Source: Malacoraja senta
Lineage: Eukaryota
DNA: 64,000 nucleotides
Reading direction: 5' to 3'
Assembly: GCA_038087875.1 (NCBI GenBank)
Contig: CM075986.1
Location: 15,872,001-15,936,000 of the forward strand
Shown: positions 39,649 through 51,170 of the stretch, in pieces
How positions within the stretch are numbered: the stretch's first letter is position 1
Layout of the letters: each line of letters starts with the position of its first letter
Program-made: the position numbers and the translations under genes
Notes under the pieces: generated by a model
What the model was told of the DNA's origin: nothing
What the model saw: the letters and a program-made list of their open reading frames with translations, nothing else
Database searches by the model: none

Positions 39649-41229
39649 AACAATAATGTTGCGTATTTTGTTTGCAACAAATAAACATATAAACTCACGC
39701 TGATCTTCAAATGCATTTAGTAAACTTGTTATGTTTTGCATTAAATGTTGCATAGTTTGTGTATTAAGGCGGCAAATATTTGTCTAAGAAAGAGTGCATT
39801 TCGCAAGGGGTGGGGTTCTAGTCTTGATTCAGTCAGATTCCCTGCCAAGTGAAATACCTTGGCTGGAAAAATAGTCAAATATTTCTGTTCAATTGCTTTG
39901 TTATAATTTTGATATTGATAAGATTGTTTAGGAGGAAAATATATATAATGTTAGTTCAGAGTTAAACAGGGGCTGGTGACATTCAAGTGTGAGGTTGGTG
40001 GCCGAGTCAGATTGTCACAGTCATTGTGTTAAATTTGGAACAGGCAATGTGGTTTGAGCAGGGATGCCATTATCCCACCACAGAAATGCAAGGTAGATGG
40101 AAGGAATTGGGGCTCAAGCACATAATTAAAAGGAAAAACCATGAACTTAAAAACAAAGTTCGCCATTGAATTGTGCACTAGTTGTGAAGCATGTATTCAT
40201 TTCCGAACATTTACAACTTGTGTTCTGAAAACAATTGCATCAGTAATTGCATCAACTATGCAAAACATGGGGAAATGTGAAAAACAAATTTGACCGACAA
40301 GAAGTAGAAGGCACTGGAATGCTTCTACTTCGAATATTTGTTTGGCAGCAGTCTTTGTGATTTGAAGGTAAAAGTGGAAGGATAGCCTAGTTTTAAGATT
40401 AATGAACTGTATATTGATATTGAACCATACATCAGAAGATCTGAATCCTAACTAACGTTCACTTATCACCATTACGCACACTAAATTTCATTGCTCCCTG
40501 TAATGTTTTAAATATTTTCTTTATGTAAAAATCTCTCCGAGGCTTTATCCTGCCTGTTTTCTATAACCCTCACCAATCGTACAATTATAATCCCCTGATT
40601 TTGGCATCCTGCCCCTTTCTCACTTTCATCCATTTACCATTGGTTTTCATAAACTTAGCACCCTTAACTCTAACCGATGGAATTCATGCCATCGCTTTTC
40701 AGCCTATCTCTTTTATAACCTGCTGATCAGAAGGTATTTCTTTGTCTAAGCTTATGGTAATAAATTCTAATATTTCCTCTTCAAACTTGAGAAATCTTTT
40801 ATCAGCTTCCCTGAAAAGTGTCTTGTAAAAATGTACCTTGACAAATATTGATCCTTTAAGGACAGCATTGAAATTTTAGAGGTGGAGTCTCTCCATATTT
40901 TGTTTAATAAAACCTACTGTTGCTTATAAATCTTGAACACCGTCAACCTGCTGACTTGCAGATCATGGCTTTCCATATATATACCCCCCCCCCCCAACCT
41001 AAATGTCTTTAGGCAGTCTTTAGACATTGCTGGTCCTCCTTCACTTGTGGGGATACCCTTGATAGCTAGGTCATGGTAGATCACACTACTCCTTTTGTTT
41101 TGGTTACGCAAGGGATGAGATGCCCACATTGATACATCAGATATGTATAGGGTGTCAAGAAAAGAGTTGGACTGAAATGGATATCATAGAAACCTAAAAT
41201 CTCACAGAATGAGATCACCATAGAACATT

Positions 41230-42185
41230 ATGGATGAAGGGATTCAAAGTAACATTAGCAAATTTGCAGATGACACAAAGCTGGGTGGCAGTGTGAACTG
41301 TGAGGAGGATGCTATGAGAATGCAGGGTGACTTGGACAGGTTGGGGGAGTGGGCAGATGCATGGCAGATGAAGTTTAATGCGGATAAATGTGAGGTTATC
41401 CACTTTGGTAGCAAAAACAGGAAGGCAGATTACTATCTAAATGGCGTCAAGTTGGGAAAAGGGGAAGTACAACGGGATCTGGGGGTCCTTGTACATCAGT
41501 CTATGAAAGTAAGCATGCAGGTACAGCAGGCCGTGAAGCAAGCGAATGGCATGTTGGCCTTTATATCAAGAGGAATCGAATATAGGAGCATAGAGGTCCT
41601 TCTGCAGTTTTACAGAGCCCTCGTGAGAGTATTGTGGAGTATTGTGTGCTGTTTTGGTCCCCTAATTTGAGGAAGGACATTCTTGCTATTGAGGGAGTGC
41701 AGTGTAGGTTTAAAAGGTTAATTCCCGGGATGGCAGGACTGTCATATGCTGAGAGAATGGAGCAGCTGGGCTTGTACACTCTGAAGTTTAGAAGGATGAG
41801 AGGGATCTCATTGAAACATATAAGATTGTTAAGGGTTTGGACACACTAGAGGCAGGAAACATGTTCCCGATGTTGGGGGAGTCCAGAACCAGGGGCCACA
41901 GTTTAAGAATAAGGAGTAAGCCATTTAGAACGGAGACGAGGAAACACTTTTTCTCACAGAGAGTGGTGAGTCTGTGGAATTCTCTGCCTCAGAGGGCGGT
42001 GGAGGCAGGTTCTCTGGATGCTTTCAAGAGAGATAGGGCTCATAAAAATGGCGGAGTCAGGGGATATGAGGAGAAGGCAGGAACGGGGTACTGATTGGGG
42101 ATGATCAGCCATGATCACATTGAATGGCGGTGCTGGCTCGAAGGGCCGAATGGCCTACTCCTGCACCTATTGTCTATTGTCTATT
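41230..42185 (+). mobile_element. 5'-truncated CR1/HER1 LINE (RT C-terminus, 3' UTR, (TATTGTC)n tail), frameshifted
   Basis: SKFADDTKLGG...QGDLDRLGEWADAWQMKFNADKCEVIHFG; TRGHSLRI...FFSQRVVSLWNSLP; tail cctattgtctattgtctatt. Confidence 0.95.
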
Positions 42186-42586
42186 ATGTCTCCATTTGCT
42201 TTATCAAAACTCATGATTTTGAAGACTTTCATTGATTCTTCTCTAAAACCTGTCTAAAGAGAATAAACACAATCTCTCCACATTTTGGTACGATTCTGGT
42301 GCAATAAAAACGGAGAAATACTCAGCAGGTCAGACCACATCTGTTGATATTGAGGTGTGGTCAAAGTTTCAGGTCAATTACCACATATTCTGATGAAAGT
42401 TCTCCAAACTGAAAGAAACTGCATTTCTCAAATGCTGTCTGACCGGAGTATTTTCAGCAATTTTGTATTGGTTTTAGTTATCACATATTAGCAAAATTCT
42501 GCTGCGCCTAAAATTCTAAACAAAATCTCTACTGCACCTACATAAAAATTGGTACCCTTCCTAAACCATGTTCCCATGTTTCATAA

Positions 42587-43266
42587 AAGATAAGATAAGA
42601 TAAGACTTTATTAATCCCCTTATTCAGGGGAAATTCAGATGGCCTTGCAGCACACTAATAAAAATACTACATAGTGTTCAAAAAGAAGTTCAACACAAAA
42701 ACATCCCCCCACAATGGTTCCCACTATGGGGGAAGGCACAAAGTCCAGTCCCCATCCTCTTGTCCACCCAGAGTCGGGCCCACTGAGGCTCCACAGTCCC
42801 GCCACGGCGCCCAATATTCTCGCCCAGGCTCCGGGATGCAACGCCCAGCGTCGCAGCTGGCCGCTCCACAGAACCGCGGCTCCACGATGCTCCCATCGGT
42901 GGCCCCAGCACACTGGAGTCCCAGCGCGGCGACCCAGGAAAGGCATCGCCCGCTCCACGACAGCGCTCCAGCGCTGCACCGCCGCCAAAGCCGATGTTCT
43001 GCGCCGCCGCCAAAGCCAGTGTTCTGGCCAGGTCCCCTCAGGGAAACGTCTGCGCCACCGCCAAAGCCGGTGTTCTGGCCAGGCCCCCCAGGGAAACGCC
43101 GCTCCAGGACCCGCCAGCAGGCCGCAAGGACAGGTCGAAGGCGCTGCTCGGAGGAAGGCAACCCCTCCGGGATGTAACGTTCAGCGTCGCAGCTGGCCGC
43201 TCCACAGAACCGCTGCTCCACGATGTTCCCATCGGCGGCCCCAGCATACTGGAGTCCCAGCGCGGG
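42587..43266 (-). mobile_element. GC-rich non-autonomous retroelement with (TCTTA)n tail, internally duplicated; related to 24426-25260
   Basis: (aagat)n tail; a segment of about 100 bp repeated at 42829-42929 and 43165-43265. Confidence 0.7.
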
Positions 43267-43480
43267 TGTTTAAATGTTTAAAGAAATAAAATGTTATGAA
43301 GTGTGGAACTGGAGAACTGGAGAATTAACTACATTTAATAGTTTGTAACTTTCATGTTCTGTGTTAATTGTCACTGAGCTGTTAATGCTGTTTAGCAACC
43401 TATTATTGTTGACATTGAAGCAGTCAAAGTTTCAACTGTCTTGAATTGCGTTTTAACATTTTGTTTTGTCCTCTTCTCAG

Positions 43481-43580
43481 AATCATACAATTCAGCCGTC
43501 CAGTCAAATATGAGGAACTGCACCAAAAAGTCAAATCAGTATTTGGGCAGCTAATGGACTTAAACTACACGAACAATGAG
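43481..43580 (+). CDS. MAP3K3: MAP3K3-type coding exon 4 ([33 protein letters not shown]), PB1 domain
   Basis: cttctcag acceptor and gtaatt donor; 100 nt; matches [33 protein letters not shown]. Confidence 0.92.
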
Positions 43581-45304
43581 GTAATTCCCAGCTCAAACTA
43601 CTTTTACACTTTTTAATTTCCTCAATTGAACCTAATGTCTTTGTCTGTTCATTCCTCCCCATTGTACTCTACTTTCTGGAAATGTCTCACTTCTCCAAGT
43701 TTCTGTTAAATAATTTAATTTGTGAGTGGTCTGCATGCTCTCTGAATCTTCTCTCTGGCTAGCATCTTGTCATCGGTTTCTCCTCATCACTCTCTTCCTT
43801 TTTCTTTTCTCACCCATTTTTCACTTTTTTTAAAAGATGTTATACTATTCTTTTTTTTAATAGATGTTTTAATATTCTCATTCCACAATCGGTCTCATAT
43901 GATATAACTTTTTTTTCTTTCCCAACATTCTTCATAAGATGATTTATTGTCACATACACCAATTGGTGTAGTGAAAGTGACTGCCCAGGTCAGTCATACA
44001 ATTTAAGAAAGCAACAGACTCAAATAAACACGTTTTAGCATAAACATCCATCACAGTGACTCCTACACATTCCTCACTGTGATGGAAGGCGAAAATAAAG
44101 TTCTTGAATGAGTTATTACAATCTGGCCATATGATCACTTCACCGCACGTGCTGCATTTCCTCAGAGATGCTTCTTGTACATTAATCTCCAGCCTTTGCC
44201 TCTCGTATGCAATAATTATTCTTCCTTAGTTCTGCAGTTGCAGTCTGTTTTCACGTGTCAAATGTGACTATATCTCTCCTCACAATTCATGACTCTAGGT
44301 TGTCGGCTCTATACCTCTTGCCAGTAAGAAATCCTGGACAAGTCATAGTTTCCTGCAACTTCACTTTAGCTCTTGCCCTGTTGCAAACTGTACCTTTTTG
44401 TACAAAATGTAATTCCATTCTCTCTGGCTTCTTCAGGCTTGCCCTTGAATAATACATTGGGCTTTTAACATCAAATCTGCCTCTACCAGCTGGACCATTT
44501 TCAAAGGAAAAAAACGTTCTAATTTCCAATATCTTTTAAGTTCTAAATGCATATCAGAATAATGGTTGGTGAGCTGAAAGTGACAATAGGGATGCAATAC
44601 ACTGATTCTATAACAAGGAGTGTTTAGCAGGTTATAAGAGAAGTGTTGAAACAAATGTTGATCATGAAGAGCATGGTGATCTATAATCAGTGTTGCACAG
44701 TTGAAATGAACCATATTTTAGTTGGGTTTTGATTTCAATCTGGGTTTCAACCTTGGTGGTAGCAGCTTTCAGGGCTGCTGCATGAATGGAGAAGTTCTGA
44801 ACCTATTGGCTGAATTCCACCATTGATTTTCTATCCATATTCTGTCACTGGAATCTAGTAGCAGAGTAAGAGATAGCTGGGATATTTCAGCATTTAAACC
44901 AGGGAATCTGATCATCTCTGATTCTGTGAGAAAGAAGGGTAAGGATTTTTTGTTGTTGTTGTTGTTTTTTTTTGGTTTTTTTGTAAATGTGTTGATTTAA
45001 TTGGGTGGGGTTTGACTGGCCAACCAATATCTCCATCAGGTGGATCACTTTTGAATAGAAACTTTCTAATATCCAGTATCTTTTAAGAGCCAAATACAGA
45101 TCAGAAATGTGGTCAGTGAGCTGAAAGTGACAATGAGAATGCAATACGCTAATTCTATAACAAGGAGTTTACCTTAGCTTCCCTAGTATTTCCAGGTAAA
45201 TTAAGTTCCTTACCCCCAGAATTATTTTGGTAAATTTCCTCTGCACATGATCCAAGCTGCCTTATCTTTTCTAGAGTCCAGAATATTTTGGTTGTGATCG
45301 ATCA

Positions 45305-45893
45305 AGTCATAGAGTAATACAGCACAGAAACAGGCACTTGTGCCCAACTCATCCATGCAGGCTAAAATGCTCCATCTAAGCAAGTCAAATTTGCCAGTGG
45401 TTGGTTGGCCCATTACTCTCAAAACCTTTCCTATCAATGTACCTGTCCAAATGTCTTGTAATGTTATTATTGTATCTGCCTCAACTAAGTCCGAGGGCAG
45501 CTTATTCCATATACCTACCTCTCCCTCGTCTTAAACCTCTAGTTCTTGATTCCCAACCATGGGGAAAAAGACTGAGCATTCACCCTACCATAGCGCATCA
45601 TGATTTTATATACCTCCATGAGAACATCCTCGCTGTCCTGTGGAATTTAAGTTCCAACCGACCCAACCTCTCTCTGTACCTCAGGCCCTCGAGTCTTGGC
45701 AACATACTCTAAAATCTTCTCAGCACTTTCCAATTTAATGGAGATCTTTTCTGTAGCAACATGACCAAAACTGAACATAATACTCCAAATACGACCTAAC
45801 CAATGTCTTGCACAACTGTAACATAACGTCCCAATTTCTGAACTCAATTCCCTGACTGATGAAAGCCAGCGTGCTGAAAGTCTTTACCACCGT
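45305..45893 (-). mobile_element. Degenerate CR1/HER1 fragment that resumes at 47105-47326
   Basis: Minus-strand peptide LAFISQGIEFRNWDVMLQLCKTLVRSYLEYYVQFW; HER1-type tail at about 45305-45345. Confidence 0.8.
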
Positions 45894-45896
45894 GTC

Positions 45897-46310
45897 ATCA
45901 TCATCATCGGCGGTCACTCGAAACGAGTACGACTGTCCCCTCATGGAGGACGCCTGTGCGTGACTTTGTTTAACGTGGGGAGACTGGTGCACAGACAGCC
46001 ACCACACGGTCCTTGACAGATCTGGGTCAGAATCCTGTGGCATGGAATCCAAGACGACCGGGGACCCTTTACTGCTGCAGCCTTCATCCGCCTTCCCAGC
46101 CGTTGTGACACTCCACTAAAGCCAGCCATCATCCTCCGCCTGTTCCACCGTTGAGGTCTTGGTTGGATTGCTCTTTGTCAGAGACCTCCCCCTTGACCGT
46201 ACCGCCATGGGTGGCCCTACCAGGAGCATAGCTCCAGACGGCATCGCTCTCAGGATCTCAGGATCACACAAGCTTCTCCACCATGACAAGGTGATAATCC
46301 ACGGAGAAGA
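45897..46310 (-). mobile_element. RTE (Rex3/Expander-like) short internally deleted derivative with (TGA)n tail
   Basis: (tca)n at the left end; the minus-strand 5' part caccttgtcatggtggagaagcttgtgtgatcc...ggtagggccacccatggc resembles RTE 5' UTRs. Confidence 0.6.
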
Positions 46311-46643
46311 CTGGTGACTGGTTAGCATGCAACAAAAGCTTTTCACTGATCCTCGGTAAACGTGACAATAAACTAAACTAAATGTACCACTGCTCCAAAA
46401 GGAAAGGTATTGTGGACAGCATCTGCCACTCACCAGGTCTCTGCATTTCCTTCTGTTTTATTTTCTCCTGATTCCTGAAGGGAATGCTGCATGTCCTCGT
46501 TGTATGTCTAGAAGCTAGTGATGTTGGCCAGCGCACGGAACCTGGGTCTGCTGGTGTCCCAGCGTTTCCTGCAATCCCGGAGGCATAGCTTAGTTTAGTT
46601 TAGAGATAGTGCGGAAAAAGGCCCTTCGGCCCACTGAGTCCAC

Positions 46644-47104
46644 TGTGCAGTGACAATCTCTTATGACCGCTCAAGGTTTTAACCCCCGATAGTGACTAAT
46701 TTGCTGACCATGGTTCAGAAGGTAATCTTACGCATTCTACGAGCTCTCCACGAGACATTCAAAGCCGTCGAAAGATGAATATTCCAGAAACAGTCTCTTG
46801 ATTAATAGTTTATTTATTGTGGTAGTACAAAACAGTAAAATCACTCATAAAAACGTCTTCTTGTATAAGTACATCGTCTTCCAGCATATATACGTTTCAA
46901 TCATACTCGTGATCATGGTCGATCACTATTTCCTCATGGTCTTCATCGAACTAAACTAAACTATCTGGGAGTCTGCGCCAGAATCCTAGCCACGAACGCG
47001 CCCCAGACTACGTATAAATCCCACCCACATAATTACAGGCAGATAAAAATTAAAGGTAACCAGATAGGATTACAATAAACTTTCTAAGCAAAATGGCTTC
47101 TACA
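46644..47104 (-). mobile_element. Solo-LTR-like segment
   Basis: TG...CA ends, about 460 bp, CpG-retaining, AATAAA on minus at about 46810-46818; no clean 4-6 bp TSD. Confidence 0.4.
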
Positions 47105-47326
47105 CACCGTATCTACTTGCAACACCACTTTCAGGGAACTATGTCTGTGTTCTCCTATATCCCTCTGCTTTACAATGCTTGCCAGGGCCTTGTCACTCAC
47201 TGTAATGATCCTACCCTGATTTTGACTTCATAAACATCCAACACTTTGCACTCGTCTAAATTGAACTCCTTTTGCTATTCCTCAGCTCACTTGCTCAGCT
47301 GTTAAAGATCCTGTTGTAATTCTTAA

Positions 47327-47428
47327 GTACAGTCTGAAGAAGGGTCTTGACCCGAAACGCCACCCATTTCTTCTCCCCAGAGATGCTGCCTGTCCTGCTG
47401 AGTTACTCCAGCTTTTTGTGTCTATCTT
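47327..47428 (+). mobile_element. Short Penelope-terminus insertion, 16-bp TSD
   Basis: ctgttgtaattcttaa at 47311-47326 and 47429-47444. Confidence 0.88.
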
Positions 47429-47575
47429 CTGTTGTAATTCTTAATAGTTTGATCAATTGATACCACCAATTTTTTTTAGTGTATGTTATGTAAAGTTTCT
47501 TCATGACTCATGGCTCACTTTTACGCGATTGCATATATCTATTCTGATTGGATTTGGTTCTCTGCCCTCTTCCAG

Positions 47576-47690
47576 TTATTAATTCCTTTACGAAGCCAGG
47601 ATGATCTTGATAAAGCCATTGATCTGCTTGATCGAAGCTTCAGCATGAAGAGCCTGAAAATCTTACTTGTAGCTCAGGAGGAAAAACCAT
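47576..47690 (+). CDS. MAP3K3: MAP3K3-type coding exon 5 ([34 protein letters not shown]...), end of PB1 domain; one base too long for frame
   Basis: cttccag acceptor and gtaagt donor; 115 nt where the downstream phase requires 114. Confidence 0.9.
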
Positions 47691-50482
47691 GTAAGTGATC
47701 ATATTTTCCTTTTCAAGATCCTGATTCTGAAATTGGGAAATCATTTGTGGAAATGTTGGGTGGTAATTTGAGTTTTGTTGTAAAAAAAAAATGTTTCATT
47801 TATAATTTTTGAGAAAAGTCTAGATTATAAATGTCCATTGTACAATCTCTCAGATTATATGAGATTGGCACGCCAGGAAATCACAGTTGCTGGCTGAAAG
47901 TGTGACATGATAGAAACATTGCAGTCAAGCTGCCGAGTTCCTTCAGAATGCTGCAGTTCAGTTTATTCAATTATTTGTTGTTATTGTACATGTGTCAACC
48001 ACTTTCTATGACAGCTCATTCCGTATTGGCAAAGTCCTTCTGAATGGAGAAGTTTCGTCAAATGTCTCTTTTAAACCTTTCCCCGCTCACTTTAAACCTA
48101 TGCCCTCAAGTACGTGGTTCCCCTTTCCTGGGAAAGAGACTGTGTGAATCCACACTATCTATGCCTCTCATGCTTTTATACACATGTATGAGGTCACCCC
48201 TCCAAGTAAAGGCCCTGGCCTGCTGACCTACCCCTGTAACTCAGGCCTTCTAGCCCTGGCAACGTTCTTGTAAATATTTGTTGCACTCTTTCTAGCTTAA
48301 TGACACTCTATCGCAGTGTAACCAAAACTGTACACAATACTCCAAGTGCAGCTTCAGCATAGACTTGTACAACTGCAACATAACTTCCATACTCAATTTC
48401 CTGACTGATGAAGGCGATTGTGCCGAATGCCACCTTCACCATCCTATCTTCCTGTAACCTTCAGGGAACTATTTACTTATGGTCTTGGGTCCCTCTCTTC
48501 TATGACACACCACAGGACCCAGCGTAAAGATTCTGTTCTGGATTTATTAATAAAAATGCAACACCTTGAACTAATCTGTCATTGAACTCTGTCAGCTGTT
48601 CCTTGGGCCACTTACCTAGCTGATAAAGATCCCACCATTTCATTGTCCACGAGACCCTGGAACAACTAGTCTTTTTGATTTGGTGCTGCCGGATGAAAGA
48701 ATGATACATACTTAGAATGCAGCATGGTTTTTTTCTATTAAACCTATGTGAAATAGAGTGTGACATTTACAAAACGTAGTTGATGAGGGATGTCAAATCT
48801 GTAATACCCTGCTTTTATTGTAAAAGCATTCAACAGTTTCAATGATCCTCGTTAATTCAGAGCATTTTAACCACATTTAGAAATATTTCAATTTTTTCAT
48901 TCAACCTGTTGTTATTGTGGAGTAATGCTGGAACTGAACATAATTCACGAGAGCTCCCCCATACTGATGATAATCTCTTTGGGTGTTTGCTGTACCACCA
49001 GTGGTTCCTGAGTGGCAGATTGCTTTCACTGGTTTATCCATAGTCTCAATGGCTGCCATCAAAATTTCACTTCATGAGAATAGTGTGCTTATGCTCACCT
49101 TTTGAATTGATGTAAATGAGTAATTCAGCAACATTTGGGTGAACAACATGTTGACTAATAATTGCCCTAATACTTGATCAGAACTAGTGCTGATTTAATG
49201 TTGATCTGGTATTTTGTGTCTTTGAAAGGGCCTGTACAATTACCCTCAATGGAGGAGCATTTTCTATAGCATAACATCAGTTCATAGAAATTCTCCTTAT
49301 TTCCACTCTTCAGGCAATTAATGTAAGCTTTTCCATCAAAACCTTCTCTACCCTGAGAAAACTCTCTTCTAACTTAAACCCTCTGCCTCACCAATGTCCC
49401 CCATCAAAGTACATTGAATTAAGACAGTATCCTTTGGCCCAATGATTTGTCATATAGTGGCTGCCTGTCACTGAGAAAATATCAAAAATATAATGTCACA
49501 AAAATCCACCAAGGATATCCAGGAATAACACACAGAAAAGTAGGGCTTATCACACAAGATGTAAGAGAGAGGGATATTAATGGGAGAATGGTTAATTTGA
49601 TATGAATAAATAAAAGAATCTTGGCATAGAGTTGTGCAGAGTGTAAACATCTCATAGAACAATTGGGATGGGTGCCCTGTGTAAAATGGGGCTTGTGAAA
49701 TGGGTACTAGTAGTAAATGGATACATTTCATACCAGGTGTTCCAATGAGTAAAGAAGATCAGAAATGAAATCCCTCCATGCTATAAATGTTACACATGGT
49801 ACCATCACAGACAGCTTATTTTTACAACAGACGTTTGCATTTCCACTGGAGCCCATCAGAACTCAGTTACTGTTTATCTTTCCGACAAAATGAGATTCGT
49901 TGTGAGCCGTGGTCCAGGATTTATTGCTTGATCCTGTTGTTCTCCTTCAGAATTCTCAGGTTGGTCAGTGCCAGAAGTGAGAAGGTTTTTTTTTCAGATT
50001 GCTGGCTGTTTTTTCCTTGTGCTGTGAGTAATGTAGAAACACATGGCAGGTTTTCACAGAAATCACTGTTCTTCTGTGAGCTGCTATTTCCTGTTCAGCA
50101 CAGAAATTTATTGAAACACTGTTATGTGTTTTTATTTTAAGCTTCTCTGCGTAAATTCTGTTGGCGGTCTATGTAAGTCACTGCATAACGTCACCTACAT
50201 CTGCTGACTAAACATTTTTTCAATAATATACAAAGTTTGTTTTATTGGTGGATTAAAAACAAGTTAAGGGACTAGTATATAGTGGGAATGGATACACAGT
50301 ATTCTCTTACTATTCTAATTTTCTCATTTTAGGAGGTTTAATTTTAGATTTGTGTGTGCCAGTAAAACACTACATTTGTGTTGTGCAAATAACGAAATCA
50401 GGTGTAGTGAGTGAATTTTGAGCAAAAATACATTTAACTCGTCAAAGAAATGTCAAAACCCATCATAATCATGATATTTCAG

Positions 50483-50620
50483 AGGGAACTGGAGCACCTG
50501 GAGAAAACTCACGCGGTTACAGGGAGAACGGACAAACTCCGTACAGACAGCACCTGTGGTCAGGATCAAACCCAGGTCTCTGATGCTGTAAGGCAGCAGC
50601 TGTGCTCTTGTGCCGCTCCC
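50483..50620 (-). mobile_element. V-SINE 5' part (tRNA head and V-domain)
   Basis: Reverse complement matches the head of 20312-20613 (gctgccttacagc...cagagacc...tgatcctgac). Confidence 0.75.
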
Positions 50621-51055
50621 AGTGTGTCAGCCACATTTTTGTGAGTTCAGAGGTTACACGTGCTTTGACCAGGCAAGATAATATATATTTACCCCTGTGG
50701 CGGCTAATAGCAAACCATTGCCACAATCTTTTCAGTTCTAATTATCAATTAACATTGTAGAATAACTGAATTTAAATTCCACAGCCTCATTGTGGGGCCT
50801 TTAAGTCTGGTTTCTAAATTGTTAGCCCAGGCCTTCGGTGTATGAGCTTGCTGGTAACTTCACCAATGTGCTATCACCAAATTACAATGAAGCGTGAGGC
50901 AGCTATGCCTTTCCTTGTGGTCAAGCATTATCCACTTGTTATGCTTGCTGGCAGCCGGGAATATGCAGAGAGTCTAGGACTGTAACAGATGAAGTTATTA
51001 GAAGGAACCAAAATCTTTGGTTGTGCTTATCTAATTTCTTTTTTCAAACTTTTAG

Positions 51056-51170
51056 ACAACACCTTCTGCTGTTACGAAACAGGTCCGCATAAAGGCCTCT
51101 CAGTCTGTCGGGGACATTCTCAACACAATCTACCAGCCGCCAGAGTCACGAGGCCGACATCTCTCTGTCG
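51056..51170 (+). CDS. MAP3K3: MAP3K3-type coding exon 6 ([38 protein letters not shown])
   Basis: cttttag acceptor and gtgagt donor; matches [30 protein letters not shown] when read from phase 0. Confidence 0.9.

Noticed and set aside
46190-46310. Possible ribozyme at the 5' end of the RTE-derived element
   Set aside because: Could not fit HDV or hammerhead topology by eye
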